64,000 nucleotides of DNA. Origin: an uncultured virus (IMG/VR IMGVR_UViG_3300013121_000030). Taxonomy: Duplodnaviria > Heunggongvirae > Uroviricota > Caudoviricetes. Position 1 is the stretch's first letter. Each line of letters opens with the position of its first letter. The stretch spans positions 96,001 through 160,000 of IMG/VR virus record IMGVR_UViG_3300013121_000030; one strand, written 5' to 3'. Shown here one piece after another: positions 25,989 through 36,955 of the stretch. The translations under genes and the position numbers were made by a program. The notes under the pieces are model-generated. The model was not told where the DNA came from. It ran no database searches and saw only the letters and a list, made by a program, of their open reading frames with translations.

Positions 25989-26911
25989 TGTCCTACGAGA
26001 ACCTTCGCGTGCTAGAGGGGGACGATGAACAAATCCGTCTCTTTTTGAGAGGGATCGAGGAGGGTGTTGTGGATAGTGGGGGAGTCGTCATGCGAATGAC
26101 TCCCGAGATGTTTTTTTCGGTGACGAGAGTGGACCCAATTTTTGGTGCTACGTCCAAACCGTTGCGACGGACGGTTTACATTTTGGACGGAGACCCGGGG
26201 GAAGACATCTTGAAGACCACCGAAGAAGCCCTGGTGGTTATGGGCTCAACCCCCAAGTGGGGGGGGAAGCTCCCAAAGTCCTTTGTGTTGACATTTTCCC
26301 GGGGACGGCCCTGGGAAACCACCGAGCGAGCTATAACTTTTTGTCAAAATGAGGCGGTCCGAAGAGGGTTCGTGTTTCCTCAGCCTCTCGCCCAAGCACT
26401 GGTGGCACTCGTGGGGCCTCAACCTGGAGTTCTCTGGTTCGAGGTCCTAAAATTGTCTCATTTGGTGGGATCCTCCAAGGCAGTTGAGCCCACGTTCCTT
26501 CGAGAGTCCGCAGTAGGACTAGGTGGAGCGGAAGCGGCCCCCGCGATTGTTGAGGCGTTGAGCAAGAAATCCCGATTTGCGATGGCCAAGGCGTTGGTGG
26601 ACCTCCAACGGAGTGCAGAATCAAAGCCCCTTTTGGCACTTGTGGGATATTTACGGTCTACGCTGCTCACGTGGGTCGATGTGTCCAGGTATCGAGACCG
26701 CGGGTGGGGGTCAGAGGACATTGCATCGCAGATGGGAATGCATCCTTATCGCTACAAGATGCAGATAATCCCAATGCTGATGGGGTGGTCGACTCAAGAG
26801 CTGTCAGATCTTATGGAGGATCTGGGTTCAGTGGAGTTTGGGTGTAAAGAGGGAGGAGCTGTGTCACCATTGGTGATGCTTGAGGCTGTCCTTTTGTTGG
26901 TGTGTCAGTGA
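25988..26911 (+). CDS. holA: DNA polymerase III delta-like clamp loader subunit
   Basis: A.ALVALVG...[17 protein letters not shown]...P...LE HolA-like C-terminus. Confidence 0.7.
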   Translation: MSYENLRVLEGDDEQIRLFLRGIEEGVVDSGGVVMRMTPEMFFSVTRVDPIFGATSKPLRRTVYILDGDPGEDILKTTEEALVVMGSTPKWGGKLPKSFVLTFSRGRPWETTERAITFCQNEAVRRGFVFPQPLAQALVALVGPQPGVLWFEVLKLSHLVGSSKAVEPTFLRESAVGLGGAEAAPAIVEALSKKSRFAMAKALVDLQRSAESKPLLALVGYLRSTLLTWVDVSRYRDRGWGSEDIASQMGMHPYRYKMQIIPMLMGWSTQELSDLMEDLGSVEFGCKEGGAVSPLVMLEAVLLLVCQ

Positions 26912-26914
26912 TGC

Positions 26915-27016
26915 ACCTATAGCCGAGGCCTGGCTACCAGTGGAGGGTAGCCGCGAGGCTCCAAAAGGTTTGAAGCTTGTCCAATGTGTTTCAGAGGCGC
27001 ATTGGGCATTTTTTTT
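26915..27016 (+). promoter_or_regulatory. structured leader ending in an intrinsic-terminator-like hairpin upstream of nrdJ
   Basis: GGCTACC/GGTAGCC stem; GTCCAATGTGTT/GGCGCATTGGGC stem followed by a T-run. Confidence 0.55.
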
Positions 27017-27032
27017 CTGGAGAAGGGGATTC

Positions 27033-30000
27033 ATGAAGTTCGCACGCAGGTTCACGTTGGATGCCAAACCGACCCAGTACGAGAAGAGGACTTCCAGGAT
27101 CACGAATCCTGACGGTTCGGTGGTGTTTGAGGCGGCAGGGATCCTGATCCCTGAGGGATGGTCTCAGGTTGCGGTGGATATCTTGGCTCAGAAGTATTTC
27201 CGAAAAGCCGGGTGTCCTGTAGCGGTCCGAGAGGTGGAGGAGGAGGGAGTACCAACGTGGCTTCGGCGATCCGAAGCAGACGTGGAGGTTCTCAAGAACC
27301 TTCCGGAATCCCAACGATTTGGCGGAGAGACAGATGCTCGCCAAGTTTTTCGGAGGCTGGCGGGGTGTTGGACATATTGGGGATGGAAGTACAGGTACTT
27401 CGACACCGAAGAGGATGCGAAGATTTTTTATGAGGAAATCTTCGTGATGCTGGAGCGCCAAATGGTGGCTCCCAACAGTCCACAATGGTTTAACACGGGC
27501 CTCCATTGGGCCTATGGGATCACGGGACCAGCACAGGGGCACTACTTCTGGGACTTCGAGACAGAGCAGGTCCGTCGTTCCGAGAATGCCTATGAGCGAC
27601 CGCAGCCTTCGGCATGCTTCATCCAGTCCGTGGCGGATGACCTGGTGGGGGATGGTGGGATTATGGACCTCTGGGTCCGAGAAGCTCGCCTCTTCAAGTA
27701 CGGGTCTGGAACGGGGAGCAACGTGTCCATGGTCCGAGGGGCGAAGGAGTCCCTCTCGGGGGGCGGAAAATCCAGCGGATTGATGAGCTTCCTGCGTGTG
27801 GGGGATCGGGCGGCGGGGGCGATCAAGTCTGGGGGGACGACACGCCGCGCAGCGAAGATGGTCGTGGTGGATGTGGACCACCCTGACATCGAAGATTTTG
27901 TCACGTGGAAGGTGAAGGAAGAGCGAAAGGTCGCTGCACTCGTCGCAGGTTCTAAGACATGCAAAAAGGCACTTCAGAAGTTGCTGGAGGCGGTGCTGTC
28001 TGTTGAGGGGGAAGACGGCTACGACCCCAAAAAGAATTCATCTCTCCGGGCGGCTCTTCGGGAAGCTCGTGCGGCTGGCATTCCTGAGTCGTACCTGCAA
28101 AAGGTAATGCAGTCTCGGGACTTTGAGACGTTCGAGGAGTACACGACAGATTGGGACGCAGAGGCGTATAACACGGTTTCAGGCCAGAACTCGAACAACT
28201 CTGTTCGAGTGACCAATGATTTCATGGTGGCCGCAGAGAATGGACTACCGTGGCATTTGCGGTTCAGGACCACAGGCAAGGTCTCCTCGACTCTCGAAGC
28301 CAGGAAGCTGTGGGGTCTGATTGCAGAGGCCGCATGGTCATGTGCTGATCCTGGGATTCAGTTCCACTCCACCATCAATGAGTGGCACACGTGTCCAAAG
28401 GATGGGGAGATCCGGGCATCCAACCCCTGTGTGACAGGAGATACGTTGGTGGCTGTTGGAGACCAAGGGTGGCGTCCAATTCGGAGTCTTTGTGAAGAGG
28501 ATTTTTCCGTCATTGGCAGCGACGGTGAGGCCCACCAAATCTGGCCTGCATATTGTACGGGACGCAAAGAAGTGTTTCGTCTGCGGACAAGGGCAGGGTA
28601 CGAAGTCAAAGTCACCGCGGACCACAAATTCCTCACGAAAAATCGTGGGGATGTGAGGGCGGATGAGTTGAGTAAAGATGACATCCTCCTTTTGGGGCCC
28701 TCCAAATTTTGGGGGAGGGAAAGGGAGAGGATTCGGGACCTTTTCTCCCGAGAAGGCTTTGTGGAGACTGACAATGGTTATGTTGGTCTCGGGGGTGTGT
28801 CTCCCAACCAACTTCAGCAAACTCAAATCCACCTCTTGTCGTTCGGGATCCGGTCGGACATCCCCCGGGGGGAGAATGTGTTGTGCATTCGCGGGGGATC
28901 TCGGCATCTCTTTGAGCAAGAGATTGGGTTTGCTGCGGATAGCCCGCAGGCAGTAAGCCTCCAACAGATGAATCGTCTGGATGCAGAGTGGTCGCCAGAG
29001 CCTCTGGAGGACACTGTGGATGAATTTGTGTTTGTTGGGGAGGAGGATGTCTTTGACCTCACGGAGCCCGCGACACACCATTTCATTGCCAATGGGTTTG
29101 TAGTCCACAACTGCTCCGAATACATGTTCTTGGATGACACTGCTTGCAATTTGGCGTCCCTGAACCTGATGAAGTTTTTGGGGAAAGATGGCAAGTTGGA
29201 CCCGCGAGCGGTGGAGAGCGCGTGTCGAACTTGGACAGTCGTGTTGGATATTTCGGTTCTCATGGCCCAATATCCAAGCCAGGAGATCGCCCTTCGGTCG
29301 CACCTCTACAAGACCTTGGGGTTGGGCTACGCGAACCTGGGGACGTACTTCATGGTTCGCGGTATCCCGTACGATTCAGTGGCCGCTCAAGCGATCTGCG
29401 GCTACGTGACCGCGATCATGACGGGAGTGGCCTATGCGACTTCTGCGGAGTTGGCCGAATCTCTGGGCGCTTTCCCGAGGTACTCAGAAAATGCCGAATC
29501 CATGCTTCGGGTGATGCGGAATCACCGCCGCGTGGCCATGGGGATGGAGGATTTTGAGGGGGTCTCGAAGAAACCCCCACGGCTTCGGTCCAAGGATTGT
29601 CCGGACCCTGAGTTGGTGGATGCTGCTCAGGCTGTGTGGAAGAAGGCGGTGAGGTTGGGGGAGAAGCACGGCTACCGCAACGCCCAGGTCACGGTGATCG
29701 CCCCGACAGGGTGTGTTCTCCCAGAGACGATGGTGCCCACAAGCAAGGGACTTATTGGGCTTGGGGCCTTGGGGGATGTTGCTGGGCCTACCTGGCAAGA
29801 TTTGGGCGTTGAGGTGTCAACGCATGAAGGCCCCCGAACGGCGACAAAATTCTACATCAACTCAATCGAGAATGTTGTGGCTGTAAAAACAGCCCGAGGG
29901 TTTGAGGTGAGTGGAACTCCCCAGCACCGGATTAAACGAGTTGTTGGTGGTGTTTGGGAATGGGCTCGGCTTAGTGACCTCAAAAATGGAGACGTAGTTC

Positions 30001-32411
30001 CATTGGCCTTGGGGTCTAACACTCTGGACAAGGTGCGGGAGGTTTCTCTTCCTGTGTTGGGAGAGCCCTATTTTGGAAGTGTGAAGACCCTCAGGGTGCC
30101 CCACAAGATGACCCTTGAGTTGGCAGAGCTGGTGGGCTATTTCATGGGAGATGGCTCCCTCCACTCAAAGGGGTTGAGGTTTTGTGTCTCGAACAAGGAC
30201 CTTGATGTGGTGGAATATTTGAAGGGCCAAGTGAGGGCCCTCTTTGGGGTTGAGGCAACCGAACAAAAGCGCTCTGGATACACAGAGATTGGCGTCAACT
30301 CGACTGGGTTGGCTTCGTGGTGGGAGGCTGCGGGGTTTTCAAAATCTCGTCCTCACCCTGAGCATCAAGGGAAGGGGTGGACGCCCCATGTCCCGCATGC
30401 TGTGCTGGCTACTAACAGTAGTGAGGTGTACGCAGCATTTTGCCGGGGCCTTTTTGAGGCAGACGGCTCAGTTGCAGGAGGCTCTCCGAACTGGGGAACA
30501 AGCTCACCCTCTTTTGCTGCTCAAATCCGCACAATCTTACTGTCTCTTGGAATCCCCACGACTACAAGGACATGGATCAGTGGACTTGGCTCGGAGATGA
30601 GGTCCTTGCGTCCATGGAACAGAAGGTTTGCGGTCTCCTTTGCGAAAAAAGTGGGTTTTCTATCCCTTCGGAAGAAGAAGCTCCTTTGGGATTCGCAGGG
30701 AAAGGACTCCAAAAAGGATGGAATTTATGTAACATCAAAGATGGTGTCCAAAATTCCGAAGGGACATCCGCGACGAGCTGCGGCCATGATGTCATTCGGC
30801 AAGCATGGGTTTATTTCACGGGAAGTGTTTGAGGACCTGGCCCAAGACATTTGGGCTGACGAGAAGTGGCGCAGTGGATTTGTCTATGACAAGGTGGAGT
30901 CTTCTCTCCTGGGAGAGGAGGCTGCGACCTACGATCTTTCTGTGCCTGACAATGTTTCTTACGTGGCCAATGGGTTTGTTTCCCACAACACCATCGGCCT
31001 CCTGATGGACTGCGACACCACTGGCATCGAGCCCGACTTCGCCCTGGTGAAGTTCAAGAAGCTAGCTGGTGGTGGATACTTCAAGATCATCAATTCCTCA
31101 GTCCCGATGGCTCTGGACCGCTTGGGATATACAGATGTCGAGATCAACGACATCATTCGTTATTGCCGAGGCACTGGGACTCTCGTGGGGTCCCCCGCGA
31201 TCACTCCCCTGGACCTCCAACGCAAAGGATTCACAGAAGAGGTCCTTGCGCGCGTGGAGGCAGAGCTGCCCACGACATTTGACATTGGATTTGCCTTCAA
31301 CATCCACGTTTTGGGGGCAGAGTTCTGCAAAAATGTTTTGGGGATTTCTCAGGACCAATGGGGTCAACCTGGATTTTCTGCGCTTCGCGCTCTGGGGTTT
31401 ACCTCTGAGGAGGTACGGAAGGCAAACGATTACGTTTGCGGAACCATGACCGTCGAGGGGGCACCCCACCTCCGTCCAGAGCACTTGCCAGTATTTGACT
31501 GCGCCAACAAGTGCGGCCGCTATGGCAATCGCTTCATTGCGCCGATGGCCCACGTGCGGATGATGGCAGCCGCCCAGCCCTTCCTCTCTGGCGCGATCTC
31601 CAAGACGATCAACATGCCGCGCGAGGCGACCATTGAGGACGTCAAGGCGGTCTACCAGGCAGCCTGGGAAGTGGGCCTTAAGGCGCTCGCTCTCTACCGT
31701 GATGGTTCCAAGCTCAGCCAGCCACTCTCCTCGTCCTTGCTGCTGGACGACGATGTGCCTGAAGAGGCCACAACTCAACCCCAAATGATTGAAAAGGTGG
31801 TTGAGAGGGTGATTGAGCGTCGACAGGGAGAGCGTAGGACGCTGCCTTCACGGAGGCGGGGTTACACTCAGAAGGCTATGGTTGGCGGCCACAAAATCTA
31901 CGTCCACACAGGCGAATACGCCGATGGATCGGTGGGCGAGATCTTCGTGGACATGCACAAGGAGGGAGCCGCCTTCCGCTCTCTCATGAACTGTTTTGCC
32001 ATCGCAGTGAGCCTGGGCCTCCAGTACGGAGTGCCTTTGGAGGAGTACGTTGAGGCGTTTTGCTTCACTCGCTTTGAGCCCAATGGGCCGGTCTTCGGGC
32101 ACCCCCACATCAAGATGTCGACGAGCATCATCGACTACATCTTCCGTGAGCTGGCAGTTACCTATTTGGAGAGGCACGATTTGGCACAAGTTCCGCCTTC
32201 GGAGGATTTGAGGTCTTCCGCGGTGGAGATCGTCAAAGAGCTTCGGACTCCGGTTTTTGAGGTAGAAGATCGGAGTGTAGATACAATCCACATGGCTCGC
32301 CTTCAGGGATATGAAGGCGAGGCATGTACTTCCTGCGGTTCCTTCACCATGGTCCGCAACGGGTCCTGTCTGAAATGTGTGAGCTGCGGAAATACTAGTG
32401 GGTGCTCTTAG
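27033..32411 (+). CDS. nrdJ: class II (AdoCbl-dependent) ribonucleotide reductase with two inteins
   Basis: [28 protein letters not shown]|CSEY, APTG|TIG, DTTGIEP, AISKTIN, YRDGSK, C-terminal TSCPD and Zn-ribbon (C..C...C..C.NTSGCS). Confidence 0.95.
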   Translation: MKFARRFTLDAKPTQYEKRTSRITNPDGSVVFEAAGILIPEGWSQVAVDILAQKYFRKAGCPVAVREVEEEGVPTWLRRSEADVEVLKNLPESQRFGGETDARQVFRRLAGCWTYWGWKYRYFDTEEDAKIFYEEIFVMLERQMVAPNSPQWFNTGLHWAYGITGPAQGHYFWDFETEQVRRSENAYERPQPSACFIQSVADDLVGDGGIMDLWVREARLFKYGSGTGSNVSMVRGAKESLSGGGKSSGLMSFLRVGDRAAGAIKSGGTTRRAAKMVVVDVDHPDIEDFVTWKVKEERKVAALVAGSKTCKKALQKLLEAVLSVEGEDGYDPKKNSSLRAALREARAAGIPESYLQKVMQSRDFETFEEYTTDWDAEAYNTVSGQNSNNSVRVTNDFMVAAENGLPWHLRFRTTGKVSSTLEARKLWGLIAEAAWSCADPGIQFHSTINEWHTCPKDGEIRASNPCVTGDTLVAVGDQGWRPIRSLCEEDFSVIGSDGEAHQIWPAYCTGRKEVFRLRTRAGYEVKVTADHKFLTKNRGDVRADELSKDDILLLGPSKFWGRERERIRDLFSREGFVETDNGYVGLGGVSPNQLQQTQIHLLSFGIRSDIPRGENVLCIRGGSRHLFEQEIGFAADSPQAVSLQQMNRLDAEWSPEPLEDTVDEFVFVGEEDVFDLTEPATHHFIANGFVVHNCSEYMFLDDTACNLASLNLMKFLGKDGKLDPRAVESACRTWTVVLDISVLMAQYPSQEIALRSHLYKTLGLGYANLGTYFMVRGIPYDSVAAQAICGYVTAIMTGVAYATSAELAESLGAFPRYSENAESMLRVMRNHRRVAMGMEDFEGVSKKPPRLRSKDCPDPELVDAAQAVWKKAVRLGEKHGYRNAQVTVIAPTGCVLPETMVPTSKGLIGLGALGDVAGPTWQDLGVEVSTHEGPRTATKFYINSIENVVAVKTARGFEVSGTPQHRIKRVVGGVWEWARLSDLKNGDVVPLALGSNTLDKVREVSLPVLGEPYFGSVKTLRVPHKMTLELAELVGYFMGDGSLHSKGLRFCVSNKDLDVVEYLKGQVRALFGVEATEQKRSGYTEIGVNSTGLASWWEAAGFSKSRPHPEHQGKGWTPHVPHAVLATNSSEVYAAFCRGLFEADGSVAGGSPNWGTSSPSFAAQIRTILLSLGIPTTTRTWISGLGSEMRSLRPWNRRFAVSFAKKVGFLSLRKKKLLWDSQGKDSKKDGIYVTSKMVSKIPKGHPRRAAAMMSFGKHGFISREVFEDLAQDIWADEKWRSGFVYDKVESSLLGEEAATYDLSVPDNVSYVANGFVSHNTIGLLMDCDTTGIEPDFALVKFKKLAGGGYFKIINSSVPMALDRLGYTDVEINDIIRYCRGTGTLVGSPAITPLDLQRKGFTEEVLARVEAELPTTFDIGFAFNIHVLGAEFCKNVLGISQDQWGQPGFSALRALGFTSEEVRKANDYVCGTMTVEGAPHLRPEHLPVFDCANKCGRYGNRFIAPMAHVRMMAAAQPFLSGAISKTINMPREATIEDVKAVYQAAWEVGLKALALYRDGSKLSQPLSSSLLLDDDVPEEATTQPQMIEKVVERVIERRQGERRTLPSRRRGYTQKAMVGGHKIYVHTGEYADGSVGEIFVDMHKEGAAFRSLMNCFAIAVSLGLQYGVPLEEYVEAFCFTRFEPNGPVFGHPHIKMSTSIIDYIFRELAVTYLERHDLAQVPPSEDLRSSAVEIVKELRTPVFEVEDRSVDTIHMARLQGYEGEACTSCGSFTMVRNGSCLKCVSCGNTSGCS
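28428..29111 (+). mobile_element. intein 1 (228 aa, degenerate homing endonuclease) at the active-site NP|C
   Basis: Begins CVTGDT, block B TADHKF, ends FVVHN|C; only a remnant LAGLIDADG (DLFSREG). Confidence 0.9.
29712..30989 (+). mobile_element. intein 2 (426 aa) with LAGLIDADG homing endonuclease at APTG|T
   Basis: Begins [22 protein letters not shown] and [11 protein letters not shown], ends FVSHN|T. Confidence 0.92.
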
Positions 32412-32457
32412 TGAGAGACCATGAGGGGCCTCCATGAGGCCCCTCATGGTCTCTCAC
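32411..32457. terminator. 22-bp perfect hairpin
   Basis: GTGAGAGACCATGAGGGGCCTC-CAT-GAGGCCCCTCATGGTCTCTCAC. Confidence 0.8.
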
Positions 32458-32485
32458 AGACTACGCAAAATGGGTATTTTAGCCC

Positions 32486-34732
32486 ATGGCAAACAGGATC
32501 TACAGAGGAATTGTCCGTAAGGTCGTTTTGGCGGGTTCGGACAATTTCTTCATTCTCAAAATGGACCTTGAGGATGAGGGGGAGGTGACCGTTGCGGGTT
32601 CGGTGTTTGGGGTGTCAGTGGTTCGGGGGATGTCGTTGGCATTTGAGGGCGTACCCGATACTCACCCAAAATATGGTCCTCAGATCCGCATTGTGAGGGC
32701 TCCTCTGACTCTTGCCGAGTGGTCATCGGGAGATGTCATAGAATTCTTGAGGGCATATGGGGCCGGAGATTTACTCCTCAAGAAAGTACGAGACTTCGCC
32801 AGGGACAACCCTAATCAGTCCCTCTCGGAGGTCCTTGAAAAGGAGGAGCTTTCCCGGGAGAAGCTTGGGGAGGATGGTCCTCAACTCCACAGGATGTGGA
32901 AGGTGTTGTCTGCGACAATCCAGGGGCATCAATTTCTCCATGGGATGGGGCTGACAGTTCCCCAGATTCAGGAGGTGTGGCGACGGTTGGGGGAGAAGAC
33001 TGTGGAGGTGGTGACTGAGGATCCTTGGGTTCTGTATGAGGCGGGGGTCCCGTTTGGGGTTGTGGATGAGATCACAACCAAGACAAAGACCAAGGCTTCT
33101 CCCACCTCCCCAAAGAGGATCGCCGCGAGCATGGCAGCAGTTGTGGGAAGGGGAGCGACAGAAGGACATTTGTTTTTGCCTGCCAGTTATGTGTTGGGGG
33201 CTGCCCAAGTCATGTGCCCGGAAGCCACACCAGAAGACCTGAAGAAGGGCATCCTGGCAGCTACAGAGGCAAAAATGCTGGTGGTCTCCAAGGACATGGG
33301 GGTGCCATTGATTTATCGGCATATGGCCTTTCAGGCCGAAGACCAGTCAGCGCGGTGGCTTGTGCGCCGTCTTTCCTCGGCGAAGCACTCCATGGTCAAT
33401 ATCCCCAAGGGGGAGGAACCACACCAGTGGGTGGAGCAATGGACAGCCCCCACGGGGATATCCTTGACGAGCGATCAGAAGACCGCAGTGGTCCGGGCTC
33501 TAGTTGAGCCCGTTTCAATTCTGACGGGTCTCCCTGGAACGGGGAAGACGATGACGCTTCGCATTGTCGTGAAAATCCTCAAGGATTTGGGGGAAAAATT
33601 TGCCCTCATGGCCCCCACAGGAATTGCCGCTAAGCGCATGGAAATCCTCACTGGATCCCCCGCAACCACAATCCATCGAGCTTTTCAGGCATCTCGTGTG
33701 GGACGTGTGGACAACGAGAGAGACTCTGATTACGCGGGGATTGTGGGTTCGTCGGTGGGGGTGGAGTGGGATGATGTGGATCAAGATTGGTCCAGAATGT
33801 TCGATGTTCGTCTCATCATTGTGGATGAGTGCAGCATGATGGACCAGGTGCTCCTGTGGAAGATCTTGGAGAACACTCCGGACACCTGTCGATTGATGTT
33901 TGTGGGAGATGCGGCGCAGCTCCCCTCCGTGGGCCCTGGGCAAGTCCTACATGAGATGATCCGCTCTGGCGCTTTTCCCGTCACGGACCTCAAAGACATT
34001 TTTCGTCAAAAACAGACCTCCCCAATTGTTTTTGCCTCTCATGCGATCCATCGAGGTGTCGACCCTATCCCCGGGGGAGACTTCGATTTCCGCCCCATTG
34101 CGTCCGAGGCGGATGTCGTGTCAGCGATTGAAGAGGAGGCAGTCCGTCTTTTTGAGAGAGCGGAATCGTTTCAGGTGTTGTCGCCTCGCCATAATGGGGA
34201 TGTGGGGGTGACTGAGCTAAATCGCAGATTGAGGATGAAAATCAATCCGGCGACGACTTCATCGCGGGAGGCCAAAATCGGGGGTGAGACCATCCGGGAG
34301 GGGGATCGGGTGATGGTCTGCAAAAACAATTACAGACTGTCAATCTACAATGGGGATATTGGCAAGGTTGTAGCAATTCAGTACGTTGCAGACAAAAGCA
34401 CAACAGTGATTGAGGTCAAGATCTTTGGAGCTGTGCCTACCTATGTCACATTGACTTTGGAGGAGGCAAGGACTTTGCTGCGGTTGGCCTATGCAATGAC
34501 GGTCCACAAGAGTCAAGGGCAGGAATACGAGAATATCCTCATGCCATGGACAATGTCGATGGGGAGGCAGCTCCAACGGACTCTTCTCTACACAGCGATA
34601 ACACGGGCCAAGCGACGGGTGGTTATTTTTGGTCACTGGGAGGCGGTCCAGCGTGCAGTGACAAATGCCGAGCAGGCGTCACGGAACACGTTTTTGGCGA
34701 AGCGCATCTCGGGGTATATGGGCTCGTTGTGA
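32486..34732 (+). CDS. recD2: RecD2-like SF1B helicase
   Basis: HPKYGPQ N-domain, GLPGTGKT, APTGIAAKR, IVDECSM, GDAAQLPSV, YAMTVHKSQGQE, YTAITRAK. Confidence 0.93.
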   Translation: MANRIYRGIVRKVVLAGSDNFFILKMDLEDEGEVTVAGSVFGVSVVRGMSLAFEGVPDTHPKYGPQIRIVRAPLTLAEWSSGDVIEFLRAYGAGDLLLKKVRDFARDNPNQSLSEVLEKEELSREKLGEDGPQLHRMWKVLSATIQGHQFLHGMGLTVPQIQEVWRRLGEKTVEVVTEDPWVLYEAGVPFGVVDEITTKTKTKASPTSPKRIAASMAAVVGRGATEGHLFLPASYVLGAAQVMCPEATPEDLKKGILAATEAKMLVVSKDMGVPLIYRHMAFQAEDQSARWLVRRLSSAKHSMVNIPKGEEPHQWVEQWTAPTGISLTSDQKTAVVRALVEPVSILTGLPGTGKTMTLRIVVKILKDLGEKFALMAPTGIAAKRMEILTGSPATTIHRAFQASRVGRVDNERDSDYAGIVGSSVGVEWDDVDQDWSRMFDVRLIIVDECSMMDQVLLWKILENTPDTCRLMFVGDAAQLPSVGPGQVLHEMIRSGAFPVTDLKDIFRQKQTSPIVFASHAIHRGVDPIPGGDFDFRPIASEADVVSAIEEEAVRLFERAESFQVLSPRHNGDVGVTELNRRLRMKINPATTSSREAKIGGETIREGDRVMVCKNNYRLSIYNGDIGKVVAIQYVADKSTTVIEVKIFGAVPTYVTLTLEEARTLLRLAYAMTVHKSQGQEYENILMPWTMSMGRQLQRTLLYTAITRAKRRVVIFGHWEAVQRAVTNAEQASRNTFLAKRISGYMGSL

Positions 34733-34739
34733 GGTGTGG

Positions 34740-35168
34740 ATGGTAGACACGAAGCAGAAGATGAACCCCGTACGCAGGGTGGCCCAAAACCTACGGATTA
34801 CAAAGGTTGTGGTGACGAGGAGTCTGTCCACTCCCTCGGGCAGTTTTTTTGTAGCCTTCTCCGCAGCCTCCTCGTCAACCCAGTGTGATTTTGGGGGGGA
34901 AGGCGCAGATGCTCTCCCCACGAAGGAAGAGGATGACGCTTATGCTTCCCAAGGGTTGACATTGGCGGAGGCTGACATCGCCAGAACAATTCTGGCCCGC
35001 AACGTTGAACTTGCGGTTTTGAGTGACGCACGATTGGCAGGGGCAATCACAGAAGAGATGTTTGCAGACTCCGTTGTGGGAGTGAAAAATTCCTTCAATG
35101 CGGCGTTGGCGCGAATGATGACGGACCCCAAGGCCGCTGCCTCAACTCAGGAAAGCGACGGAAAATGA
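34740..35168 (+). CDS. hypothetical protein
   Basis: GAGGTG SD; operon context. Confidence 0.65.
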   Translation: MVDTKQKMNPVRRVAQNLRITKVVVTRSLSTPSGSFFVAFSAASSSTQCDFGGEGADALPTKEEDDAYASQGLTLAEADIARTILARNVELAVLSDARLAGAITEEMFADSVVGVKNSFNAALARMMTDPKAAASTQESDGK

Positions 35169-35842
35169 CAACTGTACTTGATTTGACTCCAGAGGAAGCA
35201 ACCAAGCTTCTGGTGGTGGATGAGGATTGGCTTGATCGGAGCTACAAGAGCATGGAGGGGTTCACAGTGGAGTTGGACCCAAACCCCATCGAATTTGGTC
35301 CTGGGAGGATTGTAGAGAAGATCCACCAGCTGCGCAATTTCCAGAATCGGGTGCGAGACATGGACCTTCAGGCATCCCGGGATTTGTCTCGTGTCCGCCG
35401 CCTCAAGTCTCACTTGGAGGCATCCTATAATGCGCACAGGGACCACCTGTTGTCGACCAATCTGAATGTTAGGGTTCAGAAGTCCGCTGGGGACCGTGTG
35501 GCAATGGTCAACGTCCATCTTCCAAATCTGGTCCAGGCGTTGGAGGGGCTCAAGATCCAGGAGCAGCAGTTGGTGGGGTTCCTGGCGGCCGTCAAGACGA
35601 CGACGAGCAACCTCAGGGACACGGACCGCCAAATCAATGCCCAGATTCGCCTCGTGGGACAGGAGATTAGTCTGGGGGCTCAGTGGATGAGTGGGGGGAT
35701 GATAGACCCCAAGACCAGGGGGGTTCAGGACAAGATTGAGTTTGACATGGATTTCAGCGCCTTTGAAGAGGCACTGACAGACACTCCAAAAACACCCAAA
35801 GAAAAGTTCGTCGACGAGATCGACAAGGTTTTGGCGTCTTGA
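35165..35842 (+). CDS. coiled-coil protein (possible recombination mediator)
   Basis: Helical coiled-coil pattern; located before SSB-like/RecA genes. Confidence 0.6.
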   Translation: MTTVLDLTPEEATKLLVVDEDWLDRSYKSMEGFTVELDPNPIEFGPGRIVEKIHQLRNFQNRVRDMDLQASRDLSRVRRLKSHLEASYNAHRDHLLSTNLNVRVQKSAGDRVAMVNVHLPNLVQALEGLKIQEQQLVGFLAAVKTTTSNLRDTDRQINAQIRLVGQEISLGAQWMSGGMIDPKTRGVQDKIEFDMDFSAFEEALTDTPKTPKEKFVDEIDKVLAS

Positions 35843-35945
35843 TCTGGACGAGATCAAGGGGTTGGTGTAGTATATATTCACTCGGGTGGCATCCGGCCAT
35901 TCAAGGAAATCCGAACGCCCGTAGGGCAAAGAGGAATTGAAACCA

Positions 35946-36896
35946 ATGGCGAAGTTCAGTATTCCGAAATCAACGGATGGTGTAGGCAACATCAACAACT
36001 TCCAAACCCACAGGTTGGGGAAGTTTGAGGTTTCCAAGCTCAATGAGCCTTATCGGCTGAGTTTGGTGTGGTGGCCGGTGATGTTCGCGGACTACAAGGG
36101 ACCCATGTCCGTAGACATGTTCCTGGACGCTTACCGAGAGTTTCGGGAGGCGCAGGCGCAATTTGCGTCCACAGGTGAGAAGTCGGACGCACTGGATTAT
36201 TTCAGTGCTCCACAGGTGGTGGCTCGGTATCAAGGCTACGACAAAAACCCCAATGGGGCCAAGTATATCGTCGCTCGCTCAGAGAGCGAAGTTGAGAAGC
36301 TTGGAAAGGTCTATGACTCGCTGGGTTTGGTCCGTCCTGAGATGAAGGAGAGGATCAACACCTACGTGGTCCAGTGGCAGATCTCAAACAAGCTGACCCC
36401 AGTTTGGTCCGCTATTTTTGAGGATGACTACGAGCCAGAGGTGATCCGGCTGAGCATGACCAAAAACACAAACAGCCATCTTGCAACGCTGATGCAAGCT
36501 GGAAAGTCGTTTGTGGATCATGATGTTTTGATCAAGGCGACCACGAACAAGTGGATCTACAACCCCACGGATGCGAAGGACAGCACATTCTTCAAGATGG
36601 CGGATGTGCTTCTTCGGGACCCTCAGGGTGAGAAGGCAGAGAAAATCCGGAAGGTTCTCCAGAAGATCCTGGATGTGGTGGCTGATCACACAGAAGGGAA
36701 GCGTTCCGCGGTGGACGTTATCCTGGACGAATTGGGCAAGCCCTACACTCCAGAGGCACTCAAGGCCAAACTGAAGGGGTCCGCTGGAGCAGCAGCCTCG
36801 CCCGCCTTTGGCGAGGCGTCGGGAATCTCAGTCCCAGATCCAACAGAGATGGTCCCAGACATCGACGTGGATTCGATTTTGTCAGACATTGTCTGA
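35946..36896 (+). CDS. putative single-stranded DNA-binding protein (gp32-like)
   Basis: Acidic/hydrophobic C-tail DIDVDSILSDIV after an Ala-rich linker; replication-module position. Confidence 0.5.
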   Translation: MAKFSIPKSTDGVGNINNFQTHRLGKFEVSKLNEPYRLSLVWWPVMFADYKGPMSVDMFLDAYREFREAQAQFASTGEKSDALDYFSAPQVVARYQGYDKNPNGAKYIVARSESEVEKLGKVYDSLGLVRPEMKERINTYVVQWQISNKLTPVWSAIFEDDYEPEVIRLSMTKNTNSHLATLMQAGKSFVDHDVLIKATTNKWIYNPTDAKDSTFFKMADVLLRDPQGEKAEKIRKVLQKILDVVADHTEGKRSAVDVILDELGKPYTPEALKAKLKGSAGAAASPAFGEASGISVPDPTEMVPDIDVDSILSDIV

Positions 36897-36955
36897 CGTC
36901 CGGTCGGGAGTAAATCGCGCAGCTCTCTCGGGGGTAATTCCTCAAAGGGGGCTGC

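Noticed and set aside
26880-27032. N-terminal extension of NrdJ given in the ORF track
   Set aside because: It overlaps holA and the terminator-like leader; ATG 27033 has an SD-like sequence and a normal NrdJ start.
26912-27032. Cobalamin riboswitch
   Set aside because: Too short and lacks recognisable B12-box consensus elements; kept only as an unknown structured leader.
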